A stretch of 63,488 nt of DNA, filler included, from Octopus bimaculoides (lineage: Eukaryota): the NCBI RefSeq assembly GCF_001194135.2. It is 5 parts of 5 records of this genome, joined end to end, with 100 filler letters (N's around TTAATTAATTAA, not from the genome) between each part and the next. Parts side by side here need not be neighbours in the genome. Positions count along the whole stretch, not along the records: positions 1 to 30,653 come from NC_068989.1; positions 30,754 to 46,029 come from NC_068983.1; 3 more parts are not named here. The stretch is one strand, 5' to 3'. The position numbers and the translations under genes were made by a program. The notes under the pieces were generated by a model that did no database searches, was not told the DNA's origin, and saw only the letters and a list, made by a program, of their open reading frames with translations. Below are positions 22,685 through 34,074 of the stretch, piece after piece (position 1 is the first letter of the stretch; each line of letters starts with the position of its first letter).

Positions 22685-23275
22685 CAGTGGTGAGATGGTA
22701 CCAACTGTCAATGATCTCATAATGCATGTGCTCCCAAACATTGCACAAAACTTTAGCAACGATCATTGGCTCTGTGAGTAAGCCATCCTAGCTCCACGTA
22801 ATGACGCTATCAATAAAATCAACTGGAATCTCTTGCAGCTGTTGCCTGGACAAGAATAGTCTTTCAAATCCCTCGACATTGTCATTGATCAGGAACAGGC
22901 TGTAGTTTTTCCAACTGTGTTCCTGAACTCTCTACAGCTATCTGGAATGCTACCTCACAACTTAAAAAGGTGGGGCCCAATCATACTGCTCAGGAATCTG
23001 GATCTACTTCGTCTGTGCAATGCACCAGACTGGTGGTGAAAGCGATGCGACCCCATCTCCTATAGAGACAACAATTATGACTGGGAACTATAAGGGTGGG
23101 GATGTCTTCATTCCACGGATCCCGTTAATCCCATATGACCGCCCCTTGGAATTTAAACGGTTCCAGTTCCCAGTTTCGCTATGTCAATAAACAAGTCTCA
23201 AGGACAGTCTCTCAAGGTTGTTGGACTTCACCTTGCTTCTCTCATGGGCAATTATATGTAGAGGTAGGGGGCAGA
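22685..23275 (+). mobile_element. Helitron PIF1-like helicase C-terminal fragment, pseudogenised
   Basis: HWLCE*AILAPRNDAINKIN...FLNSLQLSGMLPH...IILLRNLD..LCN..TRLVV...VFIPRIPLIP..PLEFKRFQFPV..AMSINKSQGQSLKVVGL..CFSHGQLYV. Confidence 0.9.
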
Positions 23276-23471
23276 GGGATTGAAGAATTAGAGAGGGACG
23301 AGAAAGAGAGAAAAAGAAAGGAAAGGGACAGAGTGGGGTAAAAGAGGAGGGAAAGTGAGAATGAAGGGAAGACCAAGAAATGTGAGGGAGGGGGAGCGAG
23401 AAAAAGAACGAAGAAAGTGTGAAGAGGGTTAAAAGAAAGAGTAAAAGATATATATATATGTATATATATAT

Positions 23472-23528
<57 letters not shown>

Positions 23529-24264
23529 NNNNNNNNNNNNNNNNNNNNNNNNNNNNNNNNNNNNNNNNNNNNNNNNNNNNNNNNNNNNNNNNNNNNNNNN
23601 NNNNNNNNNNNNNNNNNNNNNNNNNNNNNNNNNNNNNNNNNNNNNNNNNNNNNNNNNNNNNNNNNNNNNNNNNNNNNNNNNNNNNNNNNNNNNNNNNNNN
23701 NNNNNNNNNNNNNNNNNNNNNNNNNNNNNNNNNNNNNNNNNNNNNNNNNNNNNNNNNNNNNNNNNNNNNNNNNNNNNNNNNNNNNNNNNNNNNNNNNNNN
23801 NNNNNNNNNNNNNNNNNNNNNNNNNNNNNNNNNNNNNNNNNNNNNNNNNNNNNNNNNNNNNNNNNNNNNNNNNNNNNNNNNNNNNNNNNNNNNNNNNNNN
23901 NNNNNNNNNNNNNNNNNNNNNNNNNNNNNNNNNNNNNNNNNNNNNNNNNNNNNNNNNNNNNNNNNNNNNNNNNNNNNNNNNNNNNNNNNNNNNNNNNNNN
24001 NNNNNNNNNNNNNNNNNNNNNNNNNNNNNNNNNNNNNNNNNNNNNNNNNNNNNNNNNNNNNNNNNNNNNNNNNNNNNNNNNNNNNNNNNNNNNNNNNNNN
24101 NNNNNNNNNNNNNNNNNNNNNNNNNNNNNNNNNNNNNNNNNNNNNNNNNNNNNNNNNNNNNNNNNNNNNNNNNNNNNNNNNNNNNNNNNNNNNNNNNNNN
24201 NNNNNNNNNNNNNNNNNNNNNNNNNNNNNNNNNNNNNNNNNNNNNNNNNNNNNNNNNNNNNNNN

Positions 24265-24560
24265 GAGCGAAAACACCTAAAGCTCCACGAGGCTCCGCAA
24301 GGGATGGTGGTGAACCCTGCTGTACTCTTTCACCACAACTTTCTCTCACTCTTACTTCCTGTTTCTGTTATGCCTGTAATTCAAAGGGTCAGCCTTGTCA
24401 CACTGTGTCACGCTGAATATCCTCGAGAACTACGTAAAGGGTACACGTGTCTGTGGAGTACTCAGCCACCTGCACGTTAATTTCACGAGAAGGCTTTTCC
24501 GTTGATCGGATCAACTGGAACCCTCGACGTCGTAAGCGACGGAGTGTCAACAACAACAAA
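24265..24560 (+). mobile_element. SINE-D
   Basis: Aligns with 28948-29286; (CAA)n tail. Confidence 0.9.
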
Positions 24561-24799
24561 TGTATGTATGTATGTATATATATATATATATGTATGTATA
24601 TATAAGATGACATGTGTGTGCGTGCACACACACATCACTAACTATAAAAGTTGATCTTGGCGACTTCAAAAACTGCCATCAAATCCATTCTTTCATTAGT
24701 TCTCGACAAGGGAAGTTTGGGAAACACCTTGGAACACGTTATAAGCAGAGCAAGTAGGATTTAGGAAGAATAGTTCCCGCGTTAATGAGATATGTGCTT

Positions 24800-25180
24800 T
24801 CCTGATCATCCACCGATCAGCTGCAGGTATGACATGCTACGCTCTTTCTCAATTTCAATGACTTCGAGAAAATTTTCAATTGTATTGATAGAAAAATATT
24901 TGGCGGGTTTCTACTCTGTCACTTCAGAAACCCCTTGACATTTATTGATATCTTAAACAGCTGTACAAAAGCACTCGTTGTCCTGAATACCCAGTGTACA
25001 AATTTCGAAAGTGTTCGAAGTAAAAGCTGGAGAACGAAGCAAGGATCTTTATTATTCCCGATGATCCTCGTGATCATTGACTGGGTAATGTGACGAACAA
25101 GGCAAGCAGAAAGAGCAGGAGTGGGCATACAGTGGCCAAAATAGTGGGACATTGAAGTAAAACTGGAACATACGAGCTAA
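24800..25180 (+). mobile_element. Degenerate RTE-clade RT fragment
   Basis: DFEKIFNCIDRK...KQG.LLFPMILVIIDWVM..T......GIQWP resembles RTE FIDFEKAFDSVDR...GVRQGC.LSP.LF...IDWVM....GIQW. Confidence 0.7.
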
Positions 25181-25313
25181 ACAGTCGACGGCTTACTGCC
25201 CGTGTTATGATGAAAGCATCCCAATTGTAGCGTCAAATCAATCCTGCTATATGGTGTCTAGTCATATCGTCAAAAAATACTGCATCAGAAACACTCATTG
25301 TATGTGCGTGTGC

Positions 25314-25358
<45 letters not shown>

Positions 25359-25670
25359 NNNNNNNNNNNNNNNNNNNNNNNNNNNNNNNNNNNNNNNNNN
25401 NNNNNNNNNNNNNNNNNNNNNNNNNNNNNNNNNNNNNNNNNNNNNNNNNNNNNNNNNNNNNNNNNNNNNNNNNNNNNNNNNNNNNNNNNNNNNNNNNNNN
25501 NNNNNNNNNNNNNNNNNNNNNNNNNNNNNNNNNNNNNNNNNNNNNNNNNNNNNNNNNNNNNNNNNNNNNNNNNNNNNNNNNNNNNNNNNNNNNNNNNNNN
25601 NNNNNNNNNNNNNNNNNNNNNNNNNNNNNNNNNNNNNNNNNNNNNNNNNNNNNNNNNNNNNNNNNNNNNN

Positions 25671-25728
<58 letters not shown>

Positions 25729-25821
25729 ATTCAAACAAAGAAGAACAAGCATGAAAAAACAACAGCGCAAAGACGTGGTACGAGTAATGTATTATCAGAC
25801 GTTCAGGAAAGGAAAGAAATA

Positions 25822-25860
25822 AGATTTAACGTTTCGAGCAAAACTCTTCTTCAGTAATAA
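25822..25860 (-). ncRNA. Minimal hammerhead motif (Penelope-type)
   Basis: Minus strand CTGAAGA-A-GAG ttttg CTC-GAAA-C-GT-T; core intact, stem I not paired. Confidence 0.55.
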
Positions 25861-26854
25861 AGTAAAGTCCAAAAAAAGGGAAGACGGAGGAAGAAAATCG
25901 CCAACGATTCACATGTGGTTACATATATATATATGTGTATGTCTATATGTGTTTTCACGCATGCGTACATGCATGTTTATATGTATGCATTGATTTATAT
26001 ATTTATGTATAGGTGAATGTAAGTACATATACATCGTCAATGCTAGTGCTTTACTAATTGACTTCACAATGAAGATATATCTACAAACATCCGACATTGC
26101 AATCGGTAGTGGGCTGATGCTTTTAATGTCTCCTGTAAATCAACATGTTTGCTTGCCTTTTATTTGGCCATAAATTGCATTAACTCTTCCTTATATAACT
26201 TAATGTCATGTATTTTCCTACAGTGCCTATCATATATTCACGCACAAAAGCCTTCCGGTTTTCACCTCTTTTCATATGCTATATTATTTCAGTTTCCGGA
26301 AGCGTTGTTAGAGATATTCGCTTTCTCTTTACCATGGTGAAGATGATTAGGGCAGACTTTGCCCTTTGAATTGTGTATTTTAAGTGACTTAACTCTGTTC
26401 GTATGAACCAATAACCTAATGACAACTCTTGTATACATATTCTATTTCATTTATTATTTTTGCCTGTCCGTCGACAGGTTTGTTAATCTTTAATAACAGT
26501 ATCTGCTTTGTTAACGATAATTGTTTTTGACGGTGTTAATTATAACTATAATTATAACTGACACCGTTAATCACAACTATATGAAACGATGATATATTGA
26601 TCAAAGTTAATCACTAGATTTGGTATGTGCCACATTCATCTATTAGTTGCTTATATTGCTTATTTATCTATTGCTCGGATCAACACCACCGGCCTTCCAG
26701 CAGTGATACAACGACTGTTTCATATTTTTTCATCATATTGTTTTTATAACCAGCATTGTGAGTTAGTGTTAGTGGCGATTAATCTACATTCAGTCTTGGA
26801 GATTAATTCTAGTTTTCTGATTGCATTATATATTTTCTCATTTCCGTTATTCCC

Positions 26855-26892
<38 letters not shown>

Positions 26893-27075
26893 NNNNNNNN
26901 NNNNNNNNNNNNNNNNNNNNNNNNNNNNNNNNNNNNNNNNNNNNNNNNNNNNNNNNNNNNNNNNNNNNNNNNNNNNNNNNNNNNNNNNNNNNNNNNNNNN
27001 NNNNNNNNNNNNNNNNNNNNNNNNNNNNNNNNNNNNNATCTATAACTCCATATTCAACTTCTTATAACGTATATA

Positions 27076-28310
27076 CAAGGTGCGATAGGTAAATTGTCGC
27101 CATTTCATGTTCTTTATTTCACACATGCACATTGTTTGTTTTCGATTTTGTCGACGACAGAGTATTGTAGGATCAGTTGGACACCGTCTGTGAGAAAAAC
27201 AGCGCTATAGGGCAATTAACTCTGCCAGAAATTTGGAAACGACATGCTGTATAGCTTGGCATTCACGCCTGAAGTTCCAATACGAGCATTTCAGAGTGTT
27301 TGTGTGTCAATTTGATGGCAGTGCAGAAGATTCGAAAAGAGTTGGATGAGTCTAATGGTAAATGCGAAGGTACGGCAGCTTGGAAAACTCACTCTGATCG
27401 TTCTGATAGGAAAAGAACTCCTGAATTTGTTTGTGAGATCCAGGTCATGATTGACAACGATCTCTTCAAGTCAATCAGGTCCATCGCCAGGAACATGGGA
27501 GTGTCTGAGTTTCTTATCAGGCAGGTAGTGCACAAAGACATTCAGTATTCCTCATACAAGATAAAAAGGGCCAATTTTTAACCCAAGCCATCAATGACAA
27601 GAGGAAAGACCGTGCTACGAAGCTTTTGAACAAACTCAAGCATTCCCTACAATCGAACATGCTTTGGTTTTTCTTAGACGAGAAAAATTTCTGCCACGAT
27701 CAGATGGTGAACGCACAGAACAATTCGTTGGCTTGCTATGTCCACAAATTTATCAATCAAAAGATTGATAAAGATCAAACATCCAGTCAACATCATGAGG
27801 TTTAGAGTGATCACTAGCGATGGCGACGTTATGCCTCCTTTCATCTTCCCACACGACTTCAGCCTCAACACGGAAGTCTACATCAAGTGCCTAGAGGAGG
27901 TAGTGCTGCCCTGGGCCAAGAGGGTGGTTGCTGGAAGACCCTATATCTAACAATAGGACTCTGCACCATGCCACACAAGCAGGAGAACCCTGTCATGAAT
28001 ATCAGACAATTTCTGCGACCACATCACACCTAAAATCTGGTCACCTACCTCTCCAGACTGCAACCCCCTTGATCATTATGTATGGGGCACGGTTGAGCGA
28101 GAGAACAACAAAACTCCTTGTTACACTAAAGATGAACTGAAGGCAAGGATTATGGCAGCATTCACCAACTTAAACAAGGAGCACGTCCAGAAGAGTTGCA
28201 AAAGATTCCGAAGTCATCTGGAGGCCGTAGTTGAAAACAATGGCGATTTTATTGAGTAAATTTACTCTTTAGTATTTCAAGATATTTTTATGAAATTTTG
28301 GTAAATATAT
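27076..28310 (+). mobile_element. Tc1/mariner superfamily, DD37D (maT) family transposon, pseudogenised
   Basis: TA|CAAGGTGCG left end; FLDEKNF (D1); Q*DSAPCHTSRRT...WSPTSPDCNPLDHYVWG with 37 codons between D2 and D3; several stops; right end replaced by SINE-B. Confidence 0.9.
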
Positions 28311-28312
28311 CT

Positions 28313-28540
28313 TCTTTCTTTATTGCCCACAAGGAGCAAACATAGAGGGGACAAACAAGGACAGAAAAAGGGATTAAGTTTATTATATCGACCCAGTGCG
28401 TAACTGGTACTTAATTTATCGACTCTGAAAGGATGAAAGACAAAGTCGACCTCGGCGGAATTTGAACTCAGAATGTAGCGGCAGACGAAATACTGTTAAG
28501 CATTTCAAACGGCGTGCTAACGTTTCTGCCAGCTCGTCGC
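28313..28540 (-). mobile_element. SINE-B (Deu/Nin-like core), full length
   Basis: Minus strand gagctggcagaaacgttagcacgccg...gttcaaattccgccgaggtcgactttgtctttcatcctttc..gtcgataaattaagtaccag. Confidence 0.9.
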
Positions 28541-28947
28541 CTTTTTTGGTAAATGTATCTATTAATGAGATGTCAGTGTTATTTTCATTTTTGCGTAATT
28601 TAGACGACAATTTATTCACCGCACGCTGTACACACTCACACACACACANNNNNNNNNNNNNNNNNNNNNNNNNNNNNNNNNNNNNNNNNNNNNNNNNNNN
28701 NNNNNNNNNNNNNNNNNNNNNNNNNNNNNNNNNNNNNNNNNNNNNNNNNNNNNNNNNNNNNNNNNNNNNNNNNNNNNNNNNNNNNNNNNNNNNNNNNNNN
28801 NNNNNNNNNNNNNNNNNNNNNNNNNNNNNNNNNNNNNNNNNNNNNNNNNNNNNNNNNNNNNNNNNNNNNNNNNNNNNNNNNNNNNNNNNNNNNNNNNNNN
28901 NNNNNNNNNNNNNNNNNNNNNNNNNNNNNNNNNNNNNNNNNNNNNNA

Positions 28948-29286
28948 TAGGATCGCGGTTTCGATTCCCAGACCGGGCGTTGTGAGTGTTTATTGAGCGA
29001 AAACACCTAAAGCTCCACGAGGCTCCGGCAGGGGATGGTGGCGAACCCTGTTGTACTCTTTCACCACAAATTTCTCTCACTCTTACTTCTTGTTTCTGTT
29101 GTACCTGTAATTCAAAGGGCCAGCCTTGTCACACTGTGTCACGTTGAATATCTCCCGAGAACTACGTTAAGGGTACACGTGTCTGTGGAGTGCTCAGCCA
29201 CTTGCACGTTAATTTCACGAGCAGTCTGTTCCGTTGATCGGATCAACTGGAACCCTCGATGTCGTAAGCGACGGAGTGCCAACAAC
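28948..29286 (+). mobile_element. SINE-D
   Basis: B-box ggtttcgattccc, body and tail cgtaagcgacggagtgccaacaac. Confidence 0.9.
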
Positions 29287-29844
29287 TTAACACACACACC
29301 GGTTCGATCTCCACTCGTTTACTTATTTGTTTTTTTCTAAACTTTCCATTGCGTCTTGCAACCTCTTCAGCAGAATATAATGTTTTACCGCGCTTGTCCT
29401 TCGTTTGAGAGTGAAAAATGAGATGCGGGAATAATTTTGGAAGTGTAAAGGTTCACAAAAAGTAACTTGGTACGAGAGGGTGAGAAGCGAAGAAGAACTA
29501 AGGTAAAGAGCAAACCCCGAAAGACAACACAAAAATATACTGTCTTTTATGGAGAAAGGTTTAAACATTGTGTGAAGGGGAAGGTTAGAAAATTAGACAC
29601 GAACAATATCTAAAGAAAAAAAAATAGCAAACAGAAATACTGTTACGATAACAGATTAAATCGTTGTGAGTCGAGTGTGTAAGGGAAAGCGACAGGAAGT
29701 TGGGGTAGAGAATATATACAATCATACAATGATTATCGTATTGAATTATCAGGTCATCCCATAAGTTCTGTCTGAATTTTGAATAAAGAAAACAAGTGAT
29801 CATATGTTATATTTAATTGAAATTTAATCATCAATGTACTTTCC

Positions 29845-30653
29845 CTAGTTATCTATGACTTCCTTCCATCTATTTACAAGCTTTTTAAATCCCATCAATG
29901 TAAAATTCTTTTGGTTCCAAAGCGAAGAACTCTGAAATATCAGTTTCGACCTCCTCCTGGCTTGTGAAAGTTGTACCCCCGAAATGATTCTGTAAACTAC
30001 GAAACAAATGGTGGTCTGAAGGAGCAAGGTCAGGAGAATAAGGTGGATGAGAAATTTTTTCCCATCCAAGCTCTTCGATCTTCTGTGATGTGATCTTTGC
30101 AGTGTGGGGTCGCGCATTGTCTTGATGAAACATCACTCCTTTTCGATTCACCAAAGCGGGTCTTTTTTTCTTCAAAGCTTGGTTCAAACTCTCTAATTGC
30201 TGACAGTAGAATTGAGCATTGATTGTTGCATTAGGTGGTAACAATTCAAAGTGAATTACTCCTTTGAAATCGCACCAGATAGAGATAAGAACCTTTTTCC
30301 CATGAAGTTCCCTCCTCGGTTGTGGTTGAGCTTTTTTCCTTTTACCAAGCCACTGTTTACGACGTTTACATTTCGATAGAAGATCCATTTTTCGTCACCA
30401 GTCACAAGTCTATCCAAAAAGGGTGAAATGAGTTTGTGAGAATGAAGAGAAGGGCAGATGTCAAATCGGGATTTGCGGTCGCTTTCGGACCATTCATGAG
30501 GCACCCATTTTCCAAGTTAGGAATCTTTCCAAGTTGTTGAAGATGACGATGAACAGTTGTATGGTTTGAACTTAGCTTTATTGCCAATTCTTCAATTGAT
30601 AATGCAAGATTTTCTTCAAGTAATGCCTCAAGGAGCTTATCATCAAACTCAAC
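29845..30653 (-). mobile_element. mariner (DD34D) transposase, largely intact catalytic domain, frameshifted
   Basis: LVTGDEKWIFY, HQDNARPH, HPPYSPDLAPSDHHLF with 34 residues between D2 and D3; 167-codon open stretch; 5' end lost at a scaffold spacer. Confidence 0.95.
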
Positions 30654-30753
30654 NNNNNNNNNNNNNNNNNNNNNNNNNNNNNNNNNNNNNNNNNNNNTTA
30701 ATTAATTAANNNNNNNNNNNNNNNNNNNNNNNNNNNNNNNNNNNNNNNNNNNN
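30654..30753. other. Assembly spacer N44-TTAATTAATTAA-N44 (same structure at 46030-46129, 50477-50576, 61110-61209)
   Basis: Four identical 100-bp pads; the 12-mer puts stop codons in all six frames. Confidence 0.95.
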
Positions 30754-30994
30754 GTAGGTGCCTTAGGTATAATAAAAAAATATTCAGACAAATACATAAC
30801 AAAAACATCAGGACTTACAAATATATATAACATACAGAAAATTGCACTAATGGGCACTGCACACATCCTACGCAAAACACTTTCAATACAGTAACCATAA
30901 GAGTACCACAGCAAACCACAGCACATATCCAAGGCGCACAGAGCTGCGCTCGGTAGTGAAGTGAAAGCACGTTATAAAAATAAAACTACTGAAC

Positions 30995-30997
<3 letters not shown>
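30754..30997 (+). mobile_element. R4/Dong family TAA-A 3' end with (TAA)n
   Basis: VGALGIIKKYSDKYITKTSGLTNIYNIQKIALMGTAHILRKTLSIQ*; 3'UTR nearly identical to 8700-8920 (reverse complement). Confidence 0.9.
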
Positions 30998-31049
<52 letters not shown>

Positions 31050-31050
<1 letters not shown>

Positions 31051-31797
31051 CAGAATAGACAACACCTCAGAAAATACAGAACAGACAAGGCATCAGAAAA
31101 TATAGAATAGGCAACACATCAGAAAACACAGAATAGACAACATATCAGAAAATAATAAGAGCAGAACCTGTGGACAAAATGATGAAACCGTATGGCATAT
31201 TACCAGTCAGTGTACGCCACCGGCCTAGAAAGAATATAAGAGACGTCATGACAATATAGCAAGGATTGTCTATTGGACACTTTGCCGCTTTGACAGAGCA
31301 AAAAAGTGGTAAGAACATAAACCCGAAGGCATTATCGAAAATGGTAATGCAAAGATCCTATGGGATTTTATGATTCAGTGCGACCATGAGATAGAGAATA
31401 GGAGCCAGACATGGTATTAATTGAGAAAGAAAGCAAATGATGCTGAATCATAGATATAGCATGCCCAGTTGAAAACAAGGTATGCGACAAGGAAGAAAGA
31501 AAAGTCGATAGATTTTTCAGGTTAGCTTGGGAGGTTAAGCAGTTGTGGTCAATGAAAAAATGGAAGTAATACCAATAATTGTCAGAGCTCTGAGAACAGT
31601 GAGTAAAAATCTTGAGAAGTGCATGGAACAAATAGGGACTGCAATAAGTGTGGAGAACTTGCAGAAAACAGCACTGTCTGGAACCGCTCGACTACTCTGG
31701 ATGAGGCTTGAAAAATGAGGGGTGTTACCTTAGTTCGCTGGCAGTGAACAGCTGGCTCCGTAGTACATCTCCAGCATTAGAAGCTGTGCAAAGACAA
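31050..31797 (+). mobile_element. R4/Dong family TAA-B 3' portion (zinc knuckle and RLE), followed by (TAA)n
   Basis: RTCGQNDETVWHITSQC...KRRHDNIARIVYW...KILWDFMIQCDHEIENR.DMVLIEKE..C.IIDIACP...LQKTALSGTARLL; (TAA)n on both sides. Confidence 0.9.
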
Positions 31798-31818
31798 TAA
31801 ATAATAATAATAATAATG

Positions 31819-31886
<68 letters not shown>

Positions 31887-31889
31887 CGG

Positions 31890-32057
31890 GAATGATGGCT
31901 TATATTATATACAGGTAAAGTAATATAATGATTAACAGAAAGTAAAAGAAAAAGAAAATTTATGTTCATGGAATTAAATAAAGTAAAAGTGAAACGAAAT
32001 TTATACTTATGTTTGTATACGTGTGTTTGTATATCCACCCACGTACATATGCAGAAG

Positions 32058-32141
<84 letters not shown>

Positions 32142-32935
32142 NNNNNNNNNNNNNNNNNNNNNNNNNNNNNNNNNNNNNNNNNNNNNNNNNNNNNNNNNNN
32201 NNNNNNNNNNNNNNNNNNNNNNNNNNNNNNNNNNNNNNNNNNNNNNNNNNNNNNNNNNNNNNNNNNNNNNNNNNNNNNNNNNNNNNNNNNNNNNNNNNNN
32301 NNNNNNNNNNNNNNNNNNNNNNNNNNNNNNNNNNNNNNNNNNNNNNNNNNNNNNNNNNNNNNNNNNNNNNNNNNNNNNNNNNNNNNNNNNNNNNNNNNNN
32401 NNNNNNNNNNNNNNNNNNNNNNNNNNNNNNNNNNNNNNNNNNNNNNNNNNNNNNNNNNNNNNNNNNNNNNNNNNNNNNNNNNNNNNNNNNNNNNNNNNNN
32501 NNNNNNNNNNNNNNNNNNNNNNNNNNNNNNNNNNNNNNNNNNNNNNNNNNNNNNNNNNNNNNNNNNNNNNNNNNNNNNNNNNNNNNNNNNNNNNNNNNNN
32601 NNNNNNNNNNNNNNNNNNNNNNNNNNNNNNNNNNNNNNNNNNNNNNNNNNNNNNNNNNNNNNNNNNNNNNNNNNNNNNNNNNNNNNNNNNNNNNNNNNNN
32701 NNNNNNNNNNNNNNNNNNNNNNNNNNNNNNNNNNNNNNNNNNNNATATATATATGTTTGTGTGTGTGTGTACATGTACGTGGGCACCAACACAAACACAC
32801 GTGTACAAACACAAGTATAAGTTTTGTTTCATTTTTAATTTATTTTATTCCATGAACATAAATTTTCTTTTTCTGCTTCTTTCTTTTATTTACTAAATTA
32901 CTTTACCCGTATATATTATAACCCATTATTCATGA
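31890..32935. repeat. Diverged long inverted repeat around (CA)n(TA)n and a gap
   Basis: About 31890-32060 matches the reverse complement of about 32760-32935, with scattered substitutions. Confidence 0.8.
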
Positions 32936-33129
32936 TGATGATTTTTATTATTATTGAATTGAAATAAAAGGAATAATTTTAACGCATGCGTACACACACA
33001 TGTATACATACTCGCATAGTTAACATGTCTGAGTATTTCTAAAGTATCCTAATGTAATCCTTATTGCCCTCTGCACACTCTGATGATTTTCCTTACAAGG
33101 TATTTAAAATGCAAAATTATATATTTATA

Positions 33130-33272
33130 CAGTAGAATCTCGGTTTCCAAACAACTTTGATCACGAATAAATCGTACTTTATCTCCTGTATTTCTCATGT
33201 TCATTTAATATAGTTGTACCTCGGTTTACGAACGCTTCTGATCACGAGTAAACCGTGCTTTATATATATTTA

Positions 33273-33346
<74 letters not shown>

Positions 33347-33815
33347 AGTCTGTCATACCGGCTATGACGAAGGGAAATAGCCCTGAAACTCGAGTCGCCT
33401 TTATATATATATATTTATATTTATATATTTATATATTTGATCCTTTATATTGAACACTCAATATTTCATCTACATTCAATACTTTCTTTCATGGTGCCAT
33501 CCATTTTTATTTTATTTTATTTTATATTGTATATTGTATATTATATTATATATTGTATATTCCATATTCTATACCCCACATTAGTTCTGCAGGAATATAA
33601 NNNNNNNNNNNNNNNNNNNNNNNNNNNNNNNNNNNNNNNNNNNNNNNNNNNNNNNNNNNNNNNNNNNNNNNNNNNNNNNNNNNNNNNNNNNNNNNNNNNN
33701 NNNNNNNNNNNNNNNNNNNNNNNNNNNNNNNNNNNNNNNNNNATATATATATATATATATATATAAAGCATGGTTTATTCGCGAACAGAGTTTTTCGAAA
33801 ACCGAGATACTACTG
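33130..33815. mobile_element. Tigger/pogo-like non-autonomous element
   Basis: TA|CAGTAGAATCTCGGTTT ... AAACCGAGATACTACTG|TA; subterminal repeats of the TIR motif. Confidence 0.75.
33360..33399 (+). ncRNA. Hammerhead-like motif with C3 lost
   Basis: GGC-ta-TGACGA-AGGG aaatag CCCT-GAAA-C-TCGA-GT-C-GCC. Confidence 0.5.
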
Positions 33816-34074
33816 TATATGTGTTGTAATTATAATTTCTTTGTGAAATGAGACAATTGTTGATGAATATGTTGATTAATTAATAAATTAATTTGTATCC
33901 ATTAGTTCTCTTTGTTTTCTAACTCGATAAAAATGTTTGATATTTTACGATATTCTATATAATATGTTTATTGAAGAATTATCGTTTCAATATTTAATAT
34001 ATTGAACCAATGTATCTTGGATGCATATCTCTATAAGAGGTTTAAATATCCTCATTGTACACATATATATATAT

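Noticed and set aside
30698-30709. Conserved palindrome TTAATTAATTAA, occurring four times
   Set aside because: It is always centred in exactly 44+44 Ns; an artificial six-frame-stop scaffold spacer, not biology.
31050-31153. CRISPR-like array
   Set aside because: The units are contiguous with no spacers, derive from retrotransposon coding sequence, and the context is eukaryotic.
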